64,000 nt of DNA from Parasitella parasitica NRRL 2501 (Eukaryota; Fungi; Mucoromycota), in assembly GCA_025201805.1 (NCBI GenBank), contig MU619239.1, positions 158,367 through 222,366 of the forward strand, given 5' to 3'. Below are positions 39,943 through 52,786 of the stretch, one piece after another (position 1 is the stretch's first letter; each line of letters starts with the position of its first letter). Position numbers and translations under genes: made by a program. A model generated the notes under the pieces. That model saw only the letters and a list, made by a program, of their open reading frames with translations. It ran no database searches and had not been told where the DNA came from.

Positions 39943-42900
39943 TTAACGGAACCAAGAAGTTCTTTTTTCATGCTTTTCAGGCAGTTTTTCCTCTTGCGAA
40001 CTAAATTATCATAAAAAAAAACGTAAGTTATGGCTAGGAGGTCGTTTGCTAATTGTTACCTTTCGACAGCTGCTCCTCCTCCTCGTAAAGGCTTGGCGAT
40101 TCGGTTGAAATTCAACATGGAATTACCTTGAGATTTGTGCGTGCGAGCTTGTTCTAGCCTTCCTCTTACAGCTTGAAGTTGGGATTCGAACCTATCAGTA
40201 TCATGTTACCATGACCACGATCTTCATCACCATAGGCTTATAGCACATCCACTTACTTTTCATTTTGAGTCAGCAGTTTATTCTGCGCTTCTTTTAGCAA
40301 ATATTCCAAATTTTGTATGCGTTCATTTCTAGCACACAATTTGCGATCTGATAACGCGGCTTCTTTCTTGAGATGTGAGTTTTGTTCGACAAGCTATAAA
40401 AAAGACTTGTAAGAACAAAGGCACACAATGCTGATTGTTCTGCTACTTTTTTTTTTTTTTTACCTGCTTTTGCACATTGGTTAGTTGATCCAAATTTCTT
40501 TCCAAAAGGGACATCTTTTTCTGCTGCGCCTTGTTGCTCGTTGCCTTTAAAAAGTTGGTTTGTTGGATGCGAGTTTCGTCTAATGTCATCTCCAGCTCTA
40601 CCACCTTTTCGCAACGACTCTGGAGATCACGCATTAGCACCTTCTTCATGGTCTCGAAATCAGCCAGTTCCTGTGCCATAGCCTTGCGCATTCGCTCCAG
40701 CTCGCGCTCTTTTTGTTCCACTGCTTCCTGGGAGGGCGCTGCTGTGCTTGGCGCCTCCTTCATTTGAACGAGTTTGTCATTGGTCACCTGTAGCTCGTCC
40801 AGGACGCTCTGCAACCTCTCCTCTTCCTTTGTTTTCTTTTCCATGTCAGCCTTCAAGGACTCAATCTCGTTTTGCTGAACCTGGTTCTTCATGATGAACT
40901 GGCTTTCCAGCTTTGTTTTAAGATCTGAAATAGAGTCTGCAATGTCACTGTTCTGTTTCACGTCCATTTCCTCCATTGCAATGGTCTTGTCTAGCAGCTC
41001 CTCATAGTCAGCTTCGAGGTTGCTGAAACGCACTTCGAGATCACTGCGCTTTTGAGAAAGTGAGTCTCTTTCTTGCTCTAGATTGGCGATGGTTACTTTT
41101 TGCTGCTCGATCATTGCTTTGGTAGTTTGCAATTCGTGACGAAGTTCAGCGATAGCTTCTGGTGTGATGTCTCGAGCATCCAGATCAGACTCAATGTCCT
41201 GTTTCTTCTCTTCGGCATTTTCCTGCATGTAGGGTAGATTTAGTAAGTGCCGTGCTCTGGTATGCTATGCTTTGCTATGTCAGTCCACTTACAACAACGT
41301 CTTCTGCAGTCTTGAGTTGCTCTAGATTCTTTGATTCCGCAATCTCTAGTCTCGTTAAGGCCGCTTTCAGCTCTTCCAGTTCAGAAATGTATTCCAAGTT
41401 GACCTCTTTGAGCGAATCAATGTTGATCTCGCCTTCCTTCTTTTCATACGACTCCTTTTCCAGTTGAACCTGGGCATCGCTTAATTCTGAAGACAGTATT
41501 TTGTTGCTGTTGCTCATTTCCTTTTCGTTTTCCTTAAGACTGTCCAGCATTTGCTGAATTTCAGCGACTTGTTTTTCGCGGCTGGCGAGTTCCGCTGCTT
41601 TCTCATTGATTTGTTCGAGCAACTCTTGCTCGCGCTTAATAAACTCTTCCTTTTCATCGTTTCCAAGCGCCATGGCAGGTGTCGACGGTCTGCTATCATC
41701 GTCTACAGATAGTTTGAAAGCGGGAGCAGGTGTCTGCGGTGGCGTAATGGGTGCATTGTTAGCAACAGCAGCGGCAGGAGGAGGCTTTGATTTAGCACCC
41801 TCCATAGTAGCCCAACCATCTTCAGGCACCGTTTTTCCTAATCGCCACATATTTATTTCATTCTCCAGGGCAGAGATGTAAGACTTGTATGAAACAGCAT
41901 CACCCTTGACACGTTTAAGTAATGCCTTAAGTTCAGCAGGAGATAAATCAGCATTGACCTTGGCTTTGTTCTTGATAGTCTTTGCTCTAGCGCCGAAACG
42001 AAGTGTTGATATTGATTCGGTTTCATTGTAAGAAGAAGGGGAACAGTTGATGATTAAAGTGGTGCGCGAGTTACCACCCAGTGATTCTTGTAGAATGCGA
42101 GTCAGCTTAGAATCTCGATAGGGCACATGGCTTGACTATAAGAAATATTTAGTATCGCGCATATACAAAAGACGAAAGCTGGATGTAACGCTCACCTTTC
42201 CATCTGTCAATGAGTTAATGACCATACCCAATGCAGTGAGAGATTTGTTGATTTTCTTTGCCTCTTCTAATGTCTGGCCTGAAGCGCCTGTTTTTCCAAC
42301 TTTCTCAGAGCCTGCAAGATCTACCAGATATAGCTTTCCACTCTTTGCTGCACCAGTGTCTAGGTTCTTTTGTGTGATTGTTGTAAGCACAATTGAATGG
42401 CTTCTTGAGCTTTCGGCGTTCATATCTAGACATCCATAAATGAGATGTTGTTCAAGTTTCATGACATGCACCACTTACTTGTAGATGCAACGACACGATT
42501 ATCACCACCAATTCTCATCACATCGTAGACTTCATTTGTGTCTGAAACATACACTTCTTTGATGCCTTTGACGTAGACACCTTTAACTTTATCTTCATGG
42601 ATAGGTAGGTTGTCATTTGCAGCTGTATTGTCGGGTTGAGTAAACACTCAGATTTTCATGTGTTTTGTTATACTTACGAACTAAAAGGTCCTTGACTCGT
42701 TCCATGTAAATTTCCATGTAAGCGACTTTTACGGTGAATTCCATATTGATAGGTGCCTCCTGGATGCTTGTAAAGATTTGCTCAATGATACGTGGAATAA
42801 TACCCTTATTTTCTGAATCATCGATGCTGGATCCCATCATTGTATATGTCTTTCCGGAACCTGTCTGGCCATAAGCAAATACGGTGCCGTTATAGCCCGC

Positions 42901-43273
42901 AACAACATCTAGAAGACGCATAAATTAAGTATTCACATGTGCACACGTATAGAGAGTGGCTCGTCCGTACCATCTACAATAGATTTAATGGAATACTCAA
43001 AGATCTCCTGCTGTTTTGTGTTTGATCCAAAGCATTTATCAAACGAGAATGTGTTTGTGTCCTTTCCCTACACATATCAAGCATTGGCATTGAGTTTGAA
43101 ATGTAATTTTGAGGTACCTGATTTATGGCACATGTTTATCAATACTACAATACCTTCAAGACAATATCCGTTCCGTCTTCCGATATTTCAACAATAGGGA
43201 CACCTCCCTCTCTTATTTCCAATTTGTTTTGAGGTCGGAAACGACACACGACTTTGATGTTATTACCAGACAT
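39943..43273 (-). CDS. Conventional kinesin (kinesin-1) heavy chain, multi-exon
   Basis: [15 protein letters not shown]-loop [22 protein letters not shown], coiled coil, tail IAKPLRGG and C-terminal KRTSWFR. Confidence 0.96.
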
Positions 43274-43600
43274 GATTTTTTTTCCTTCTTTGTTTTATTT
43301 CTTTTGCTATGGTTACGATGTTTATTGAAGTAGGTTACGATGGCAACTGTATCAAGATTTTTGGGATTTGTGTGATTTTATAGGTTTCTTAAAAAGTTGT
43401 GTAAAATAAGATGGCTATATAAAAAAAAAAGGAAAAAAGAGAAAAAAAAAAAGAAAGGAGAAAAGAAATGTAAAAAAAAAAACTGCAACACACATACACA
43501 CACAGGTGCACTTGTACATGCACACTCAAGAGACTCTCGTTGAATATTATAAGATAGTAGTACAGAACTCATGACGTCGAAATCGAGTTTGAAAATGCGT

Positions 43601-46600
43601 TTATGAATGAATAAAGACGCTGTGTAGTCGCTTGAAGTCGGATGCGTTCGATACGTCTATGCAGTGATGAGAAATGGTGGTATCCATGGACGGTAATCTC
43701 GGAATTTTGATAAGGCCAAGCTGCTGTAATGGCTTCTACACAACATGCATATAAATCAGTCAGTAATACAGTGGGTAGCATAAAACAAACAAACAAGTAA
43801 CCTTTTCATTATGAGTAGCAGGGAATTTGTCAGTTGTGATTTGAAGATCATCTACTTTTCGTCTCAGCTGCACACTACGTTGCTGGAGTGTATACAACAC
43901 CGACTGCTGTGTCTGATACTGATAGTCAGGCGTTTTCTTCATGCTCGACCATTTGCGAGTTGCTGGTGGAAGCTGAATTACCCGTGGAGATGCGCTTGCA
44001 ACCCTCATATCTTTGAGCAGTGCCCTTGTTTCTCTAGCAATATCAGACATCATTTCACCTCTATGCTGTTTCTTGATGGCAGGGGCAGGCGTTGACAAAT
44101 CCAATGATCGCCATAAATCTGAACTTTTCAGCTGAGCATTTTCAGCCCGTAGATAGCGAATCGAAGCTTTGAGTGTTTCCATATGTCCCGCCATTTCATA
44201 GTATCCACCGGCCATCTCTTGCATGTGCTCAGAGTCCTCTCCCTCTGCCAAGTCAAAATTGGCTTTTCGTAAGATGGATTGTCTTTTTTCCTCTCGCTTG
44301 CTAGCTTCCTTCTTGAGTTGGCTGTTCTCAATCTCCAGCTGATCATATTCGTTTTGTAGGTTTTCCATTGCCTCGACATACATTTGCTCTTGGTTCAGCG
44401 ATTTATCTAAATCATCCTCCAAGGATTTGATTCGGGCCATCTCTTTCTTTGCAACTTCTATACGCTTCTCGAGAAGGCTGGTTTTAACGTCTGCCTCCTG
44501 CAATGACTGATCCTTCATGCGGACATCTTTGATTAGTTTGATAATCTCATCATTATGCTGCTGTAGCTTATGCTCCAATTCATGGTTAACCGCAACTTCA
44601 GCTTTGATATCGGAAGCGCGCTGGATCCAGGGCGCGACGTTTGTTTTGACTACACATCACAATAGATCAGCTCATGTCAGCCATATGTGTGCTCAAGATA
44701 AACTTACTTTTGTCCAGTTTATCGTCCTGCTCGATCTGTGCATAGGTTGCTCCAAGTTCGTTATTGAGCGTCTTGACGTTCCTTAATGCATTCTCCCACA
44801 TGGAGCTTTCTACCATTTCGAATATCTCATCACCTTTATCGCGCAGCAGCGTTTGTATATGAGACAGCTCAATTTCTTCGTGGCTTCCTCGTTTGGTGTC
44901 GATGTAGGCTGTGATATTCTTGTAAGTGTCAAAGCAGAATTTGCAGAGTTTTGTGCTGATCGCGTACAACATTCGGAATCTGTGTAAATGTTCGGGCTTC
45001 AGCGTCATGGCTTCTTCGAAAATATCTTCTAATTGACGCATCAGCTTCTTGGCGACGATCTTGCTATTTTTTGCTTGGGCAATGAGACGTCCAAGCGGCT
45101 CATTGTAGTCCTGATCCACTTGTTCAATGCCCTCGGCAACCACAATGCCTTCAACTCTTGCTGCATTGTACAATGACTGCTTAGCACAGGTTAGAATGAC
45201 GATCATACGATCAGCATTCAGATCCAAGGCTTTAGTAAGGCCAAAGAACTGGTCTGTGTTATTTCTCTCTTGCTGCTGTAAATGGCTTTCGGCCAGGTGC
45301 TCTACTTGGGCAATAATTCGCTGCAGTTCAGTCAAACAATGTGCTTCGTTGACTTGATCCGTCCTAAAGAGCTCGACAATTGCATTCATTTTCCTCTCGA
45401 CACCAATCAAGTCATGGTACACCCTGCCCATCTTGGAAAACGTCCCAACATCACAGTTCTTGATATAGGTCTGGAAGCGAGTAGCCAATGAGCTTAACCA
45501 ACCTGCCCTCGACTTCATTTCACAAATGGTAACTAGATTGTCTGTTACGTTGTCCATGATCTTCTCGCTGATCGGGTAATTTTGATCCAAATGCTTAACA
45601 ATAAGGCCTGCCTTGAATTCCAGCCTTTTAAACAGCAATAGGCACGAAATGGGGTCATTTTCTGTCTTGAAAAAGGATTCTGGCAGGTAGGGCTGGATCA
45701 TATTGAGACGCTCGTTGGCCTGAGCAGCCTCCAGCTTTCGCAGTTCAATATCAATTGCTTTGGCTTGTGCTTTCATTACGGTTGTCTGCAACTGGAAGTT
45801 TAGAGACATCATGGCTTGAGATTGGCTGCTCAAGGTCTTCTTTTCCGATTGCTCTGTTTGCTCCTTGCTCTTAAATCCTTCTAAATCGCTTTGAAGCAGC
45901 ACTACTAACTCTCTGAATTGCTGGATCGTGGCTTCATAATCAGCCGCTGTCTCTTCGTTGGCTCTCAATCGCTCCAGCTGTTCTCTCAAAAGCATATCGC
46001 GATGGTCGATTTCCGCTTGCAACTGCTTTTCGGTTTCTACATGGTTTTCCTCCAACTCATCGGCGAGCTCCTTTAATGCTTCCAAGTCATCTACAGTAGC
46101 ACTGAGTTCATCCAGTTTCTCCGTCAAACTCAAATTCCTCTCGGTTAATTGATCAACAAGGTCCTCAGCACCAAGAGCATCGTCTAGTTGCATCTTGAGG
46201 TCGTCAACTGACATTTCTGTTGCGCTCAACTTTTCCAGAGCTTTTTCGTATTGCAGACGTATTTCCTCGAGTTCGTAGTTTTCATGCTCAAGCAACTTGA
46301 TCTTGTTATTTAACTCGTTTTCGTTTTCGGCTGTAGCATCACGGAATCTGCCCATTTTGGTGAGTGTTCTGCGGTGCGAACTGCGTGCTTGTAACTCACC
46401 TTAATAACGCTTCTTTCAATCGCTCGTTGTGTCTTTCCAACTGCACTATTTCTAAAGGCGTTCTTTCTTCATTGCTAGCTGGCGAAAGTTCAGGGGGTTT
46501 ATTCAAAATGTCTGCTTCCTTTTTTAGGATGTCCAAATCAATACTGATTTCTTCCATTCTTTCCTTGAGCATATTAGTTTCTTGCTGTAGACTTTCGGCC

Positions 46601-48165
46601 CTTTCTTCTGCCACTTCCTTGTCGAGCGTGAGCATTTCCATCGACTCAAGTAGATCATTGTACTTGTTCTCAAAGGTTTCTTTGTCTGCGATGGTATCTT
46701 TCAGTTCACGCTTGGTATCTCGGACGTCTTTTTGCAGTTCTGCAATTTTGTCTATGCCGAATATGTTTATATATTTATTGTTTACATATAAACAAACAGA
46801 ACCAACCTTGCAGCTTGTTTCGAAGTGTCAAAAACTGCTCTGCTTCCTCCTTGACTTTTTCATGATCTCGAAATCGTTCACGATCTTCATGTCGCTTATT
46901 TTCAAGAATTTTTAGCTTAAAGCGAAGCTCTTCGTAGTCTTTCAGGGGAACAGTCTAATGGTTTGGGTGCATTAATAAGGGCGCACAGAGTTATTGATTG
47001 TATCCAGATTCAAGAATATGTACCTGATCTGATTTGCTAATAGGTCTCGTTGATGCTAATGATCCATAGACAGGTTCTCGCTGTATCTGCTCGATAATAG
47101 CGTCTTCTTCCTCTTCTTCCTCATCTTTATCATCTTCTTCATCTTCTTCATCTTCCTTTTCAATTGAGACCGGGCTGGATACAATAGCAGCATTTGCATT
47201 GGTGTTCTCCAAACATAGGTTATCAAATTCTGCTTGTTCTAATTCCAATCTTCTCTCTTCATCCTGTTCATCGTCCAATATGGCATCTGGAGTTGTTGGT
47301 GCGGTTATTGGTGTTCTTGACTTTAATATGGATACGGGCGAAGATGCGAATGTATTAGCTCTAGCTCTTTTGATGGGGGCAGTACTTTGAGTCGGTTGTT
47401 TTGGAGGTACAATCGTTCTCCTGTTTGGGACGGCAGTGCTTCTGCTACTTGGTATCGTAGTCGCACGGCTGTTGGTCTGCAAAAGTGAAGTGGGTCTTTT
47501 CTTTATTGGCGGTAATGCATCTGCTACGATGGATTTTCTTCTTTGGGCTGGATGTGAGGGTGATGCTGACGGTGATGCTGACGGCGTTATTGTCGACTTC
47601 TTTCTTTCGGTCGCAGTGGCAGCACCATTTGCTGTGCTGAAAGATGAAGGTATAATCGATTTTCTTTTCTGTTGTGATGCGGCTGGGGCAGTGGCGTCTC
47701 CTACGATCGACTTTCTTCTTTCAGCAGTGCTGGGAGGCACTATCGACTTTCTTCTCTCAGCTGTGCTGGTAGCCACAATCGATTTCCTTCGTTCCATAGT
47801 GCTAGAAGCTACGATGGATTTTCTTCTTGTAGATAGAGAAGAAGGCTGTAAATCCTAGCTTAGTTCTGAGAAATCAATGTATTTTATGGACTGCATCTTG
47901 TGTAAAATACCTCGTTTATCACCTTGACGTTCGCAGGTCTTGTAAATACACCATGATTGTTCTTGCAGTCAAAGTATCTTTTGCCTTGAACTACACCACT
48001 GTTCTTACCTAGTGGCTCGTCTAGCTCAACTCCAACCCATTTGCCTGTTTGAAAGCTTGTTGTTCCAACATATCGAATGGTGCCTGAAAGTTCATTATTG
48101 ATTATCACTCGACCACCTACAGTAAGCTCTTCTCGAATAACTGATGTCCTTTTTGCACTGCTCAT
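43601..48165 (-). CDS. DCTN1: Dynactin p150Glued subunit, multi-exon
   Basis: N-terminal CAP-Gly (GKWVGVELDEPLGKNSG..YF), a basic linker, EMLTLDKEVAEERAE, QLDDALGAEDLVDQLTERNL and KAIDIELRKLEA. Confidence 0.95.
47520..47827 (-). repeat. Coding repeat array RRKSIV (four tandem 36-bp units plus dispersed copies) in p150
   Basis: RRKSIVASSTME-RRKSIVATSTAE-RRKSIVPPSTAE-RRKSIVGD, followed by KRKSII, RKKST and RRKSIV. Confidence 0.9.
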
Positions 48166-51091
48166 TATCCTCGATTACTTTTTTTTTTCTATCTTTCCCG
48201 AGGATTATTAGTCGTAAGAGGCGAAGCTCTTCCTTTGATTCAAGATGATTGTAGAGAGAAAAAATTAATGAAAAGAAAGAATTTGGTATAATTTCTATAT
48301 CGGCGGTTTTGCCTGCAAGCTTCTAATTGGCGCTTTACGAATTTCGTGATGCTAGAGCTTTGTTCACTTTACTTGCATTCGACTTTTTACAGGAAAACAG
48401 AACGAGGTCATGCTCGTTTTATACAATTAGGCTGATTCTAGTTGATAAAAACCTCTATTCACAAACTTTTTTTTGCTCGTATAGACATTTATTTGCCAAC
48501 ATCAAGGGTTAGACGCCATCGCCATTGTCTTTTAGAATTGACATATTAAAAAATCAAGTTAGTGCTACGCTTTTTACATTATTATATTGAAAAGGCATTG
48601 TTTACACACATTGTTTGTGTGTGTATATTTCAGATAACATAATGCCTCCTGGTAAGGAGAACATTTTTCCTCTATTAGCGTCGAAATACACGAAATTAAA
48701 TATTTTCACATGGCTTAATGTCTAGAGCAGCGAGTGTACTAGTATTTTTGCTTGAGCTTTGAAATATTTGCACACGAAGATGATGCATTTAGATTGTCTT
48801 TTAAGCATTCAGATTGCGATAAATAAATATAGCCAGTATTTTCTCTGTTTGTTGGCAAGTACGGAATACATATGATATTTCATTCACGTATGGACGATAT
48901 TGATTTTGATGGACAAATTCAAATTATTTCTTTTCAAAATTTCAACATAACACATGCAAAAAGTAACTATATACAGCTACCATGAATAGCTAGCTGCTGG
49001 AGAGACTGATTAAAACTTGCGAAAACAGAATATTAAAAACTACACTTGTCGCTAGAAGCAGTTAAATCTTCAGCATCTCAAACATAAAAGCTTTTCAATA
49101 TTTATTCAGGTATAGGAAATCGTTTTTGGTCAATAGGCCATTTCTATGAACCTATCTACTTCAACGGAAGTAGGCTCTTGACTTGCAATATGAATTATGG
49201 TCAGTCATGTGTCAAACTTCGATTTATTGCATGAGGACGCAAAGATATTAGCCACTATGGGTTATTCTTCCCTTTAAGCAGGAGAGAAAAAGATAAAAGT
49301 TTAGATTGTGTGGAACTTGTTGTATCCATATAAAGGCTACATATTTCATATCTTACATAGTTATAATGTACGGATCATGATATTAATTGTTGGTAATTCT
49401 TTTACAAATAAGGAATAAGCTACAAGTTGTAATTGAGCCTCTTGCGCAAGGTTCTAGGCTTATCCAAAGGTTACATCAGGATGAGATCGCGGGATGTCGG
49501 GGAGAGATATCTTGCTCACGTCTCTTTTCTTCAATTTAAAGTAGAAGAATAGGTCTGTTCCTGGAAATAATGTGATTTAATAATGTTGACACTTCATGTC
49601 AAACATTAGATGTTATGTGGATAAACATTAATTAGGATATATTTTAGTGTAAATAAAGATCATATCTTATGTCAATAAATGTCTTCAGTTTTGTATCAGA
49701 GAAAGTCTTATTTACTTCCTTTTTTCATATTACATTTACGCAACATTCCGGAGCGCCCTTTACACTAGCACAACAGAAATTTTTCATCCAAAAAAAAACT
49801 AAGGTGTGTAAAAATGGGTTTCGAGGCCGTATTATGCAGCGTCGCGGCTAGCGATTCATATTAAGACATACCCAAGTTAGCTATTAGGACCATGCTATGC
49901 TCCTCAATTGAAGATAAAATGTGTACTATATTTGCAGTGGTAAATTCAAACTCGGTAGTATGTTGCCATTTGCATTTAAATCCATCTCAAAATTCTTCAT
50001 TGCTTAATATCTCAAATAGTTAATAAGTCATTGGATATCCTTACCAAGTGTTCTATGACTATAAAATAATCTGCATCTAACTATATAAAGTACAAGGCTA
50101 TGTAAATATTTTTTTATATTATCAATTTCAAGATTCAAAAATCATCTTTTTTGATTGTTTTCAAGTAGAAGGAACCATCTTTTGAGCACACACAACCCTA
50201 TAAACTCAACCAAACAATTAATTCCATCAATTTCTACCCATAAACATCTTGCTCCCAACTTTAGCTTTATTATTTCTGTCACAAATCAAAATCTTGTCTC
50301 GACGAAAATCAATCAGCCTAAAATTCGAACCTCATAAAATCAAGTAAACCAAGACAAAATAAGAATAAAAGGAAGAAATGAATGAAGTAGCCTTTATGCC
50401 CTCAGTAACAGATCCCATCTGCAAAGTTTTCCCTTCAAAAATATTCGAGACATCAACAAAACAAGGCCTACAGAATTTAGACCACAAATAATCAAAAAGG
50501 GGCCTTCACTTTTGTGCAAAAGCGTAAATGACTGAAGATAAATTGAGTGGTAAAATTGGTAGTGTATATCATGGGGCTCTTCGCAACACGGCTTTATCTT
50601 TTGTGGCTATTCAAACGTCAAAAATATGAAAAACTAAGAAGTTTGATATCTATTTAACGAGGATTTTTAAAGTTGGCTATTGTGTGTCAATATAGAGGAT
50701 TTATACATATTTCATGATTCAAAAAATGATAATACAATATGCTTAAAATAGAGGATAGGTTTCAACATGTTTGAACAAAAGTCATGCAGTCATAATGATG
50801 GTGTTAGATTTAATGCCAAACACAAGATTATGCATTTATTATCACTACAGCGTATTTGCTATGCATCATGTGAAAGTAACGTTGATTTCCCAATTCTGCA
50901 TATTAAGCATGAATCTAACTCTTCAAAATGATGAACATAACATTATCAATGGAGGGTTGCCGATGTACAATAATAGGATGAGAGCCTTTGTATTTTCAGC
51001 TGATTCAGAGGTACACTAATGATTGAACAATAGAATTTTTTTATATTTATATTCCTTTTTCTCTCATACTATTTATTCTTTTTCTTTTCTT

Positions 51092-52441
51092 ATGGATATG
51101 TCATTATCTGAAAATGATCAAGACAATGTCTTTATTAGACATTTCAAAGAACAAGCAAAACTGAATCGTTCTCACCAGCAAAAGCGGCAACAACCTGTAC
51201 CACCATCGCCTCCGGCTCAACCATTTCAACGGCCCAAAAATCAAGCAAAGAATGACACTCTTACATCTGCATCATGGCCAATTTTAATAGCTATAGTTCC
51301 AACTTTGGGTGCATTTTTTGCAGGCGACACCGAAATTTGGAGTGATTTTATCATGGTTTTGTTGGTTCTCTACTATGTCCACAAATGGATGACAGGTATA
51401 TGCTGTTTTACTGAAGCCAAGCATACTTCAGTTTAATTTATCATAACATCTATAGTTCCGTGGGCATATTATGAAAGTGCACGCTCTCGGCACATTATGC
51501 ATCAAAAGCTATCAAACGAGAGAACAAACGCTGGTATCTTGCACATTCCAAAAAATGAGCAAGAAGCTTTCGCCAGACGTATGCAGCGAGACCACAGCAA
51601 AAGCAAATCAATCACAGCAGAACTTCGCCGACATGAGCTTGCTGGATTGCTGTTGGTGGTTCTCTCGCCTGCTATTGCCGGTTACACATTGCAGTACAGT
51701 CGTTATTTGCTTAGTAACATAGATCGATATATTAATGCATTTAATGTTACGATCTTTATATTGGCTGCTTCCATAAGACCCTTGACACATGTGATGACAC
51801 TCTTACAAAGACGTACAGCATTTCTGCAAAGTGAAGCATTAGCTTCAGAGAATCAAGTTCAAGTCTTGCAGGCAAAGCTGGATATACTCGAAAAGGAGCT
51901 CTATGGCCTTCGAAAAGCTTTTGCCACAAAGCAAGATCTTGGTCAATTAGTGACAGAGGACATAAAGCCTTCCTTGCAGCAATTTGCGAAAAAGCTGAAG
52001 CGATTTGAAAAACAAGACCCTCTGCTTAGAAACTGGTTTGAAGAGAAATTCGCTGCAATCAATTACAAAGTTCGTGAATTCGATCAATACATTCGCGTTG
52101 AACAAGATCAACGTCAAAAGACACATGGCATGATTGTCAGCTTAATTTTACTTCCACTCCGTATCTCACTCTGGGTTGTCAAACGACTGGCATCATTGCT
52201 CTCAAGCTATCACAGCAGCTGCAATCTCTTGGCAGTAGCAGCAGCAGCATCAGAATCAACATATAAAGCTCTAATAAAGCCACCGTCTGCATCTGCTGCA
52301 TCTACTTCAACTTCGAAGAAACCGTCATGGAAACGTCAACGTTCAACTGTTTCGTCTCAGCATCAAATGTCGACAGTAATACCCGACCCGACAGAGACAA
52401 TTTACTCTACTGAAGAAAGTATTGCTGCATTTGGGCATTAG
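51092..52441 (+). CDS. Fungal membrane protein of unknown function with coiled coil, 2 exons
   Basis: Hydrophobic segments WPILIAIVPTLGAFF, WSDFIMVLLVLYYVHKW|VPWAYYE and ELAGLLLVVLSP, then a heptad region. One GT-AG intron at about 51395-51454. Confidence 0.75.
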
Positions 52442-52786
52442 CCACTACATTTATGCACATTTCATTGTTTTTCTTTAGTAACAATAAAAACTTCAATATA
52501 CGCTCCGGTAATTTTATGGTTCCTTTAAACTATTTTCCAAATCTGCACCTGCTGATAGAAGAAGACAGAGTAAAGCTAGCATTCACTGCATAACTGCTAT
52601 GTATGGACAGGCTTGAAGAAACCCTTCTGGTAACTAAAATACAATGTCATTGTGCCTTTTTATACACGTTTTTATTTTATGAAAGCAATGCTAATACAAC
52701 ACAACATGGCAAAAACTAGTCTACACGAGAAAATGGCCAGATTGGTAAAAAGTGAATGAGAGAGAATTATTCTATGTTATTTTAAT

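Noticed and set aside
47199-47858. Plus-strand hydrophobic repeat ORFs (TIDFLL...)
   Set aside because: Antisense reading of the p150 RRKSIV repeats.
50568-50580. ATGGGGCT resembling RNase MRP CR-V
   Set aside because: No matching CR-I (GAAAGTCCCC) upstream to form helix P4.
48500-51000. 2.5-kb AT-rich gene-free region (also 29.4-30.8 kb)
   Set aside because: No ORF, repeat, tRNA or terminal repeat that I could support.
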